Assembly (NCBI GenBank): GCA_964426185.1
Contig: CAYRPF010000008.1
Coordinates: 1 to 25,550 of the forward strand
DNA from: an uncultured archaeon
Lineage (GTDB): Archaea > Asgardarchaeota > Lokiarchaeia > Sigyniarchaeales > Promethearchaeaceae
DNA: 25,550 nt
Direction: 5' to 3'
Part shown: in pieces, positions 1 through 8,335 of the stretch
Layout of the letters: every line of letters begins with the position of its first letter
How positions within the stretch are numbered: the first letter of the stretch is position 1
Position numbers and translations under genes: made by a program
Notes under the pieces: generated by a model
Told to the model about the DNA's origin: nothing
Database searches by the model: none
What the model saw: only the letters and a program-made list of their open reading frames with translations

Positions 1-2
1 CT

Positions 3-833
3 ATTTCACCAAATCGATTTCTAACATTAATTGGCATTTTTCTTTCGATTATGCCGATATCAATTATAGTTTCAAAGCCAATAGAGCAAATTACTGATGC
101 ATTTTCTTGGGGTATTATATGGAATAATAGTATACTGGAACCTCAGAATATTGTAATATTTATCTTATTAATTTTTAATGTAATCGTAATAATGGGGCGA
201 ATTCTTCATTATTTCATTCATAATATTACTAACGGGCGTTCAATTTATGTATGGTATTTCATCACTTATGTGCTATTCCTTTTTTCAGTTATTTTAGATT
301 TAATCTCCTCTGGGATCACTCATCTTTTTCCGCTGATTATTTTGTTTCTTAGTTCGCTGGTTTTTCTCTTTCAATATTTCCAAGATTCCACAGCTTTCTC
401 AATTTACAAAGGGGAGTTGCTTTATTTAATGCTGATATATAAAAATGGTCTTCCGATGTTTGATTATGATTTTCAACAGAGAGAAATTGTTTCTTTAGTT
501 CCTCAAAAATCTTCATCAGTTAGATTTGCTCACATTCGTTATCTCCTTCACAGTTCTTCTGTTACATTTGAGGTATACGCAGAAAAAAGTTTAAAATCCG
601 GAAAAATCCAAGATTTCGATATAAAATCGTTTAATATCTGTGTATACTCTACCATGAATGTTCAATGGATCCTTATTTCGCAACCTAATGCTCACAATCA
701 TTTTAAAGTACTCAAGTGGCATGCCCGTTTATTTGAACGGAAATTTCCTAAAGAACTTGCTCAAATGGCTCATGGGGTTGTTGCCACCAAAGAGATGAAG
801 GAATATTGTCGAAAACAATGGGAAAAATTGTAA
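3..833 (+). CDS. Multi-pass membrane protein with C-terminal longin-like domain (probably 5'-partial)
   Basis: The frame of ORF 51..833 is open back to the window edge (att tca cca aat cga ttt cta ... att atg), so the gene probably starts upstream. Several hydrophobic helices are followed by ELLYLMLIYKNGLPMFDYDF, resembling the beta-hairpin start of longin-like domains common in Lokiarchaeia. Confidence 0.65.
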   Translation: MSPNRFLTLIGIFLSIMPISIIVSKPIEQITDAFSWGIIWNNSILEPQNIVIFILLIFNVIVIMGRILHYFIHNITNGRSIYVWYFITYVLFLFSVILDLISSGITHLFPLIILFLSSLVFLFQYFQDSTAFSIYKGELLYLMLIYKNGLPMFDYDFQQREIVSLVPQKSSSVRFAHIRYLLHSSSVTFEVYAEKSLKSGKIQDFDIKSFNICVYSTMNVQWILISQPNAHNHFKVLKWHARLFERKFPKELAQMAHGVVATKEMKEYCRKQWEKL

Positions 834-865
834 AATTATAAAGAAAATGTGAAGATGAAAAAATG

Positions 866-1501
866 TTATGAACCTTGCTCCTTTTTCTTCAACATATTGT
901 AATTGAAAATATAGGCTTTTATTAACAAGTCATTTATCAAAATATGCACATTTCGACCGTTTTTTGCCGAAATAATGTACCAATTCTCAATGTTTAAGCG
1001 TTTAGCTAATTTCTCTAAATTTTCTTTCGCTTGGGGCATGGCATCATTATCGATTAAATCCGCTTTGGTACCAACTAAAACAATCGGTGAATCTTTAGGT
1101 GCATTTTCCTTCCAGATTTGAAACCATTCATCAATAAACTTCGTGGTACTATAGCGAGACAAGTCGTAACATAAAGCACCCCCAACCGCTCCTTTACAAT
1201 ACCTGGGTAACATAAACCGAAACCTTTCCTCACCAGCAAAATCCCAGATTTGCGCTTGTAGGTCGATTTGGGGCACATCATCCGCATCTTCGGGCGCGAG
1301 GGGATCAAAAATTGAAGTTTTTAATAAATGAAAATCAACTCCTATAGTCATCCTTGTAGTTGAGTCAAAAATTCCTGTAATAATGCGCTTAGTGAGTGTA
1401 GTTTTACCGACGCCACCTTCTCCGAGTATTGCAACCTTCAAAATATTTTGAGGTTGATGACGGTAAGTTCTTCGAGTGGTTACCATGCTGTACTTCTCCA
1501 A
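866..1501 (-). CDS. Rab-like small GTPase (Ras superfamily)
   Basis: G1 GEGGVGKT, G2/RabF1 MTIGVDF, G3 QIWDFAGEERF, G4 GTKAD, G5 SAK; no C-terminal Cys prenylation motif. Start may be the ATG at 1486 rather than TTG at 1501. Confidence 0.93.
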   Translation of the reverse strand: MEKYSMVTTRRTYRHQPQNILKVAILGEGGVGKTTLTKRIITGIFDSTTRMTIGVDFHLLKTSIFDPLAPEDADDVPQIDLQAQIWDFAGEERFRFMLPRYCKGAVGGALCYDLSRYSTTKFIDEWFQIWKENAPKDSPIVLVGTKADLIDNDAMPQAKENLEKLAKRLNIENWYIISAKNGRNVHILINDLLIKAYIFNYNMLKKKEQGS

Positions 1502-1667
1502 TGCAAATTCAACGAATATTATTGGAATTTGCTATATTTAACTTTGTTAGAAATCGTAAAAGGTTTTTTATTATGATTACCTAGGAAAAAATAAAAATAT
1601 CGAATTTGGGAACAAACATTTGCACACTTAGGAGGAAACGGAGATAGGCAGTAAAAAAGGAAAAAAA

Positions 1668-4229
1668 GTGACACCAGCGATGTTATCACGGAATTACTCT
1701 CGTAGTTCTGCCTATTATACCCCATCTTTTATCATTCGAAGCATTTTGAGAGGTATTGATCACCTTCTTCGGGTGAATTGGCATAAGAATGATGGAATTT
1801 TTACAGATACGGTAGAGTTTCTAGATCCTTCTGCAGGGATATTGAAATTTTCCCAAGAAATGATACGTTTTGCCCATGAACAACTTTTTCAACCTCAATT
1901 TAATAAATGGCTTTATGAACATTTTATCCCTTATAATTTTGCGTTTGACATCGATCAAGGTGCAATTAGAATAGGACTTGAACAACTGTATTCCTATGTA
2001 AACGAAATTATCGAACAAGACCATTCTACAGCAGCTAATTCTCTTTCAGCCAATATTTCATCTTCAGATATCAATTCATCTTCAGATATCGATTCCTCCA
2101 AGCCGCTGAACCCCACTTTAGCAGAAGAATACTTTCACAGAAATCGTGTTAAATATCAATATAATTTACCAAAATTTCACGTTTACCAGCGAAATCCTCT
2201 TTCCGATCCCGAAAATTCACTGATAAATGGAACGCTTCTGCCTCAAAAAGAAAATTCGCTTTTAATTATTTATGGAAATCCTCCTTATGCCGTTAGTTCT
2301 CAATCAAAAAGTTCATGGATTACAGAGTTAGTTAATGATTACAAGACCAATCTTCATCAGCAGGGTACAAAGCGCCTCAAAGGTTTAAAAGGGATTCAAG
2401 ATGACTACGTAAAATTTGTGCGCTATTGCCAATGGTTGACGGTTGATCAAGGTCAACCTGGTATTGTTGCGTTGGTGCTTAACAACTATTTTTTGGATGG
2501 AGATATATTTCGGGGTATGCGGAGTAGCTTGTTGGAGAGTTTTAATACTATTTATATAATTGATCTGTTTGGAGATCCAAAGAAAGGGGTTCCTATTCCT
2601 ACTTCATCCCTTGAAATGCCCTCTTCTGTGAACGACGGGGGTCAGAATGAAGAAAGAGATCAGAATATATTCGAGATTCAAACTGGAATTTGTCTTTTTT
2701 TCGGGGTCTCCAAAATATCTAAAAATTCCAAAAAAAGAATAAAAAAACCCGCAGAAATATATTATTGTGGGTGTTATGGTTCCATTTCGAGAAAAACAGC
2801 ATTTTGCAATCGACAATTTAAAGATCTTCCATTTGAAAAAGTAGAAATGCAACCAGATTTTGCTTTCCGCCCGATATCTGCTGAAGAGAAAAGAATTCAA
2901 CAAGAGTATGATAAATTTTGTTATATGCCAGAAATTTTCCAAGCAAATATAATCGGCATTCAATCTTTGCATGATACTCTCATCACTCATCCTGATCGAG
3001 AGCAACTAATCCACATTCTCACCTCATTTTATGACGGAACTTATGATCGGATTATAATCACCGATACTAAAGGGCAACAGTGGGTAAAATCAAATGGGGT
3101 GGTTTATCATGATGCCCGTGACTGGAAAATCGCCGATGGTAAAAAAGGATCTTTGGAACGGGCTATAAATTCCATCCAACAGTGGCAGTGGCGCGGCTTC
3201 GATCGATGGTGGGTGGCTTATGATAAGTACTTGATGACAAAAGGTTCCAGCAGTTATCGCTTAATGCAATTCATGTATCCTTGGCAGAATAATGTGGCTA
3301 TTGTTGTATCTCGCAAATCTCGGAAAGCCACCGGCGGATCAAGTGTTTTAGCCACGAATATTTTGGCCGAATCTCATTGCGTGGAAGGAGGGTTTGGAAT
3401 AGGTGATTATGTATTTCCATTAAAGATTTCATTGTTAAATTCCCGAAAAAATCATTGGGATTCACCCCTAACTGTTGATTCCTATAATTTCACCCCTCAT
3501 ATTTGGGATTATTTTTCACCCAGTGAAACACCCTCCCCTGAAACATTATTTGCGTATATATATGCTGTGCTATGGACCCCAATATACCGCAACCGTTATC
3601 AACAGTTGCTAAAGAAGGATTTTCCTCGAATCCCTATTCCGAAAGATTTTAAATTACTGCAAGAATTTGCAAAATACGGCTCTACTTTGCTCTCTTTGCA
3701 TACATTTGAATTTTCTGATCCCCAAATTTCTACCGTGATCAAAACAAAATATCCCGTTAGTGAAAATCGCAAACCTATCATAATTTTTCCAAAATTTGAG
3801 CCGCAAGAATCTCGTATTTATTTTAACCACAAATCTCCTTCAGAATCGTTTTGGATTGGTGGTATTTCTCAAGCAGTATGGGAATTTGAAATTGGAGGGC
3901 ATAAACAGATTCAACAATTCTTGCGACATAGAACTGTGCAATCTAGTATCAGTTCTGCTCAAAAATATTCGCAACAAGCTAAACCATTCAAACAGCTCAA
4001 AAAATCCAAAAATTCTAACAAATCTAAACAATCTATCAAATTCAAACGATTTCAGTTTACCCGAGCATTAAATGACACAGAATTACAACGCTTACTGGAA
4101 ATTTGTTATGTAATTTCAGAAACTGTTCAGATTCAATCTAGTATAGATTCAAAATTTCTTCAAATATTGAAATCCGTGAATTTCCAGAACAATTCTCTCA
4201 TTAACCAAGAAGAAATCGCGAAGAAATAA
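1668..4229 (+). CDS. N6-adenine DNA methyltransferase with type ISP-like C-terminal specificity domain (no nuclease or helicase part)
   Basis: YYTP (motif X), FLDPSAG (motif I-like), YGNPPY (motif IV), DDYVKF, FRGMRSSLLESF, DQNIFEIQTG, and YIYAVLWTPIYRNRY...DFPRIP / VWEFEIGG, typical of type ISP C-terminal domains. Confidence 0.85.
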   Translation: MTPAMLSRNYSRSSAYYTPSFIIRSILRGIDHLLRVNWHKNDGIFTDTVEFLDPSAGILKFSQEMIRFAHEQLFQPQFNKWLYEHFIPYNFAFDIDQGAIRIGLEQLYSYVNEIIEQDHSTAANSLSANISSSDINSSSDIDSSKPLNPTLAEEYFHRNRVKYQYNLPKFHVYQRNPLSDPENSLINGTLLPQKENSLLIIYGNPPYAVSSQSKSSWITELVNDYKTNLHQQGTKRLKGLKGIQDDYVKFVRYCQWLTVDQGQPGIVALVLNNYFLDGDIFRGMRSSLLESFNTIYIIDLFGDPKKGVPIPTSSLEMPSSVNDGGQNEERDQNIFEIQTGICLFFGVSKISKNSKKRIKKPAEIYYCGCYGSISRKTAFCNRQFKDLPFEKVEMQPDFAFRPISAEEKRIQQEYDKFCYMPEIFQANIIGIQSLHDTLITHPDREQLIHILTSFYDGTYDRIIITDTKGQQWVKSNGVVYHDARDWKIADGKKGSLERAINSIQQWQWRGFDRWWVAYDKYLMTKGSSSYRLMQFMYPWQNNVAIVVSRKSRKATGGSSVLATNILAESHCVEGGFGIGDYVFPLKISLLNSRKNHWDSPLTVDSYNFTPHIWDYFSPSETPSPETLFAYIYAVLWTPIYRNRYQQLLKKDFPRIPIPKDFKLLQEFAKYGSTLLSLHTFEFSDPQISTVIKTKYPVSENRKPIIIFPKFEPQESRIYFNHKSPSESFWIGGISQAVWEFEIGGHKQIQQFLRHRTVQSSISSAQKYSQQAKPFKQLKKSKNSNKSKQSIKFKRFQFTRALNDTELQRLLEICYVISETVQIQSSIDSKFLQILKSVNFQNNSLINQEEIAKK
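2057..2090 (+). repeat. Tandem repeat TTCATCTTCAGATATC x2 (18-nt period) in a Ser-rich loop of the MTase
   Basis: Copies at 2057-2072 and 2075-2090; encodes SSSDI-N-SSSDI. Confidence 0.8.
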
Positions 4230-4280
4230 AATAAGAAAATTAAGAGAAGGTTGGGAAAAAAGGGGATAGAAATTATCAAT

Positions 4281-4493
4281 TTATCGTTTTGAGTTGGCTC
4301 GGGCGTGTTTTTGAGCTGCAATCGAATTTGCTTGCCCCCCATATCGGTTCAAAACAACTCTTTTGATGTAGAGTTTATGATTTCGGACGCGTGGGATTTT
4401 TTTTGAGCGAGCGTTGACACCGGTACGATCCACTTTTGGAGTTATTTGTCGAACCTTTCCGGCCTTTGTGAGTGATCCATGAGAACCTGGCAT
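4281..4493 (-). CDS. rps30e: 30S ribosomal protein S30e (eS30)
   Basis: [17 protein letters not shown]...PRVRN is the eS30 signature; standalone, with no ubiquitin-like fusion. Confidence 0.96.
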   Translation of the reverse strand: MPGSHGSLTKAGKVRQITPKVDRTGVNARSKKIPRVRNHKLYIKRVVLNRYGGQANSIAAQKHARANSKR

Positions 4494-4673
4494 AATTTTT
4501 CACTTTTAATTGTTTTTGATTTTAACAAAGATAATTTTTATCTCTTACTGTTTTCCGTTCTGTGCGGCTTAAGAGTTATCAAATATCTTGTATATCTTAA
4601 GTAAAAAAAGCATATCATTGATAAAAAATTTAACGATTTTGATGAATATGGAAGAATTCTCTGAGCGAATAAG

Positions 4674-5711
4674 TTAATGTAATAAATCTTGATAAAAACT
4701 TTGGGCATTTTTCCAATAGATCTTCTCTAAGGTAGATTTCGAGAGGTTCAACCCATTAATTACTGTTTTATTCCCATTTTCGGGATCGGGAAATGGTAAA
4801 GGCACATTTCTTAAATCTGTTTCAAATAAGGTGTGAAATGTGAAATAACGGGTGAGAAAATATTTTTCAGGTGAATTATCTCGAGTCCACCCGAAGCTTA
4901 AATCTGTACCAAAAAGAATTCGATCGGAATATTTTTCAATAAAATCTCGTGATTTTTCTGGATTTCGACTCAATACCCGCCCCATCCATCGCGCCGATCC
5001 TGTATCAATCATTAAATTTGGATAAGTATCTAACCATCGGGCCAATTTAGGTAGATTTTCGGGCTGGGCTCCGAAGTGTGCGACTTGGAATTGAATTTTC
5101 GGATATTGATCCATCACTTGCTCAAAATCTTTCAAATGTTCTGATTTTGTGCCATATTTTGATGCGGGCTGATATTTCTTTTCATACCAAAGATCTGGGT
5201 CAGAGATATGTATGAGAAATTTCAGACCCAAAGTTTCAATAGTTTCAAATATGGGGGCAAATAGGGGGCTGGATAAACCATTAACTTTTATATCCTTAGT
5301 TGATATGTGAAATTCTTGCTCAACATAATCCTTCCATCTTGGTGCAAACCAAAATTTAACCATGCGGTATTCTTGGCTGTAAATTTCCTCAATCATTTCA
5401 GTAGCAGCTTTAGCTCCACCCTCCAATAGGGTTTTACTGCGAAGAAATCTTATGGGAATAAAGCGATCGGGGTAATTAGCATTTAATTCTTTCATTAGAT
5501 CTTCATCGATTATAGCGGCAATTTGGGTGATGTGATTAGCATCGGCAACATTTAAGACTTTATCAAAACCGGTGAAATCGCCATTAGGTCCCAGATGTAA
5601 ATGTGTATGCGCATCAATCTTCAATCCGTTGTATTTTGGAGGCAAAAAATGCCAATCAGGTCCCATTAAGCGAAATATATAATTTTTAAAAGTTGAAGTG
5701 ATAGTTATCAC
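4674..5711 (-). CDS. Amidohydrolase superfamily (Amidohydro_2-like) metal-dependent hydrolase
   Basis: IDAHTH (HxH), IHISDP, VAHFG and DRILFGTD metal-ligand motifs; KIYWKNA C-terminal motif. Start codon uncertain. Confidence 0.88.
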   Translation of the reverse strand: MITITSTFKNYIFRLMGPDWHFLPPKYNGLKIDAHTHLHLGPNGDFTGFDKVLNVADANHITQIAAIIDEDLMKELNANYPDRFIPIRFLRSKTLLEGGAKAATEMIEEIYSQEYRMVKFWFAPRWKDYVEQEFHISTKDIKVNGLSSPLFAPIFETIETLGLKFLIHISDPDLWYEKKYQPASKYGTKSEHLKDFEQVMDQYPKIQFQVAHFGAQPENLPKLARWLDTYPNLMIDTGSARWMGRVLSRNPEKSRDFIEKYSDRILFGTDLSFGWTRDNSPEKYFLTRYFTFHTLFETDLRNVPLPFPDPENGNKTVINGLNLSKSTLEKIYWKNAQSFYQDLLH

Positions 5712-5796
5712 CTAATTATCATAGAGTTGGAAAGGTTCAATCAATTTTAAGGGGGGGAAGCGTATAAGCTTATTGATTTCAGAATTAATTTACTCG

Positions 5797-7587
5797 CTAT
5801 AATACAATTTCTTGACCGGGAATCTGCCAAGGCCGATAGATTCGTTCATAATCTTGAAATAGTGCATTCATTCCATTTGTAATCAGTAGATCTGTCCAAT
5901 GAAATACTGAAGTTTGTCCATGTTTTTCTTTCCGAATGCGACCGAAAAAGTTGGCTAGAAAAACGGGTAATATATTCTGCCGCAGTGATTCAGGGAGGTT
6001 GTTATTTTTTAGCGATTCAAGGCAGATTTGTTCTAAATGAAAAAAGGCCATTTTCATCTGTTTATTGACATGCAAGCATTTCAGTCTAAAATTTGCATGA
6101 TTTTCGGGATTATCGGAGACCTTAAGATTTTTTACCATTTTTTGCAGTTTTCCGCTGGCTTTCATGATAACTTTAATGGTATCTAAAAAATCTGGGATTT
6201 GATGCAGAGAAGGTTCCAAGGCTCGGGTCCATGGGGTATTTCGGGTGATTTTATTATAAAAATAAATTTGTGGTAGAGATATTTTCGGATTTAATCGGGA
6301 AATTAAAGGAAGATCATGCATATAATATCGAGTTTCTCCCGTTCCTGCTACATGAATCTGAGGCTTTATGGTGGAAGAAACTAAGAATTGTCGAGAATCG
6401 ACCCTGGGAGTGAGTCTAAATCGTAAATCCCATAAGTCTGGCTTTTCACTGGCGGTTTCTATTTGGATTATCTTTTTACATTGATCACACACCCCTTCTA
6501 AAATAATAGAATGCATATTCGCTGCAGATGAAATTGCCCGAAGTGTAATTCTTCGGCCATGACAGTCTGGAGTGGAACAAACTGCAAAAAAAGGTACAAA
6601 ATCTTTTTCAACGGCTCGAAGTGTAGATCTAAATCCATATGCTTCCAAAATTGAAAGAATCTCTTGATAATTTCGGATATATTCTTCTCTATTCTTGAGT
6701 AAATATTCATAATGAGGTAGAAAAAGAGTTTGTAAGCGTGGATCGGTGGCATTCACAAAAGTGTAACCATAATCTCCGATAATATTACTAAGAACGCCGA
6801 TTAATTGACCAAACCAACGCGTGTAAGGAGGAATGTGGGAATCACTTGATAAACTATTAAAATACGCGGTTTTTAATAGAGTTAATCCATGTTCCAAACG
6901 TGCTTCCCATAATTGGCGTTGTTCTGAATTTTTGGTCACAGTCTTAAATGAAAAATTCATAGAATTACGGAAATCTTCCAGAATACTTTGAAATTCTACC
7001 TCAGAAGGTAACGGAAGATGGCTAATAGTGCTTTCTGTATATAATTTTTCCAATTTTTTTGGAATATGAAGACTTTTTCCATTTTCCGCATTAATACTGG
7101 GAATTACGGTTCGAGTCAATTCACGATGAACTTTATCGTAATCTCCAATAAAAAGAAAAGGAAGTAGGGAAAAAGAAGTTTTTTGCTGAGAATGATACCA
7201 AGAATTCCGCGCCAAAATGCCACCGCAAGCGATTTTATTCAAAAGAAAACGCTCACCTCCCAAAAATTTAGGCTGATGTCCGACTTCCAAACAAGCTCCT
7301 GTTTTGGTGTAAATCTCTAAATTTTTTTCCACCCGTTCAGTCCAAACTCCTAAATTTCGCGTTGTTGATTGAAAAATTTCCGCAATTTTATGTCGTAATT
7401 CAATGTTTTCTTGATTTTTGTCCTTTGGTATAAGTTTAGCGGCATTTTTAAGGCAATTTGAGGCGGAATTTGGGATTAACTCAGCGAGCTGCAAAGTGCT
7501 ATTTAATTCACCCCATTTTTTATTCGCTTGCTCCGGATTTTCTGCAAAATTGGTGTATAAAGCAAGGGGATCAGTTTCTCTGGTCAT
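5797..7587 (-). CDS. bshC: Divergent BshC-like ligase (bacillithiol cysteine-adding enzyme family)
   Basis: EVGHQPKFLGG...NK (cf. BshC TGQQ.GL..GP.Y...K), PFLFIGDYD...EL (cf. PVFW...EDHD..EI), LTPRVDSRQ...HVAGTGETRY (cf. FSPNV..RP...YVGGPGEIAY); directly downstream of a BshB1-like gene. Confidence 0.72.
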   Translation of the reverse strand: MTRETDPLALYTNFAENPEQANKKWGELNSTLQLAELIPNSASNCLKNAAKLIPKDKNQENIELRHKIAEIFQSTTRNLGVWTERVEKNLEIYTKTGACLEVGHQPKFLGGERFLLNKIACGGILARNSWYHSQQKTSFSLLPFLFIGDYDKVHRELTRTVIPSINAENGKSLHIPKKLEKLYTESTISHLPLPSEVEFQSILEDFRNSMNFSFKTVTKNSEQRQLWEARLEHGLTLLKTAYFNSLSSDSHIPPYTRWFGQLIGVLSNIIGDYGYTFVNATDPRLQTLFLPHYEYLLKNREEYIRNYQEILSILEAYGFRSTLRAVEKDFVPFFAVCSTPDCHGRRITLRAISSAANMHSIILEGVCDQCKKIIQIETASEKPDLWDLRFRLTPRVDSRQFLVSSTIKPQIHVAGTGETRYYMHDLPLISRLNPKISLPQIYFYNKITRNTPWTRALEPSLHQIPDFLDTIKVIMKASGKLQKMVKNLKVSDNPENHANFRLKCLHVNKQMKMAFFHLEQICLESLKNNNLPESLRQNILPVFLANFFGRIRKEKHGQTSVFHWTDLLITNGMNALFQDYERIYRPWQIPGQEIVL

Positions 7588-7592
7588 TGTGG

Positions 7593-8318
7593 TTAATTCT
7601 CTTTTGTGACTTCATTATTGGAAAAAGTAGGTGAGAAAAATACATCCGTCAAGCAAATAATTTCGGGACTAATGAAACCTTCTGCGTATTTAACTCCGCT
7701 TTGGGATCCCAACCATTGTGCTCTGTCCTCCAAATTCTTGATCAAATGCTGGTTGGCGGGATTTGCTGTAAATTGAGAATGATATGTCTTCAAAGCTTCG
7801 ATTTTTCGTGCAAAAAATGGGGAAACATCCACCGTAAAATCTAACTCCCGCGGTTTTTTCAAATGACTGTGTTCAAAATAGAAAATCTGGGGTATCCAAT
7901 AAGGGGGATATTCTGAATCAGTTTTACTGAGTTTCGCTTGAAATCGAGCAGCATTTACCAGTTCATGTGCGTGTATATGATCTGCATGCCAATCATGGTT
8001 TGGATGGGTTATTACTACCTTAGGTCGAAATTTGCGAAAAATATCCCCAAGTTGGATGCGGTAACCGAGTTTATTTTCTAAATAGCGATTAGGCCATTCT
8101 AAAGTTAGACGAGAGAAAATTCCCAAAATTTCGGCAGACTTTTTGGCTTCTTTGGCTCGTGTAATTGGGTCACCGTAAGGAGTGGGTTCTCCATTTGTAA
8201 GATCAATAATTACTACTTTTTTTCCCATTGCGACTGTTTTTGAGATCAATCCGCCGCATCCTATTTCAGCATCATCGGGATGGGCGCCCACAATTAGTAA
8301 ATCGGTATCAGACATCAT
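7593..8318 (-). CDS. bshB1: PIG-L/LmbE family N-acetylglucosaminyl deacetylase, BshB1-like
   Basis: GAHPDDAEIGCGG, DLTNGE, R..EA..SAEILG, HADH and YAEGF motifs. Confidence 0.88.
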   Translation of the reverse strand: MMSDTDLLIVGAHPDDAEIGCGGLISKTVAMGKKVVIIDLTNGEPTPYGDPITRAKEAKKSAEILGIFSRLTLEWPNRYLENKLGYRIQLGDIFRKFRPKVVITHPNHDWHADHIHAHELVNAARFQAKLSKTDSEYPPYWIPQIFYFEHSHLKKPRELDFTVDVSPFFARKIEALKTYHSQFTANPANQHLIKNLEDRAQWLGSQSGVKYAEGFISPEIICLTDVFFSPTFSNNEVTKEN

Positions 8319-8335
8319 TTAAGTAGATTCCATAT

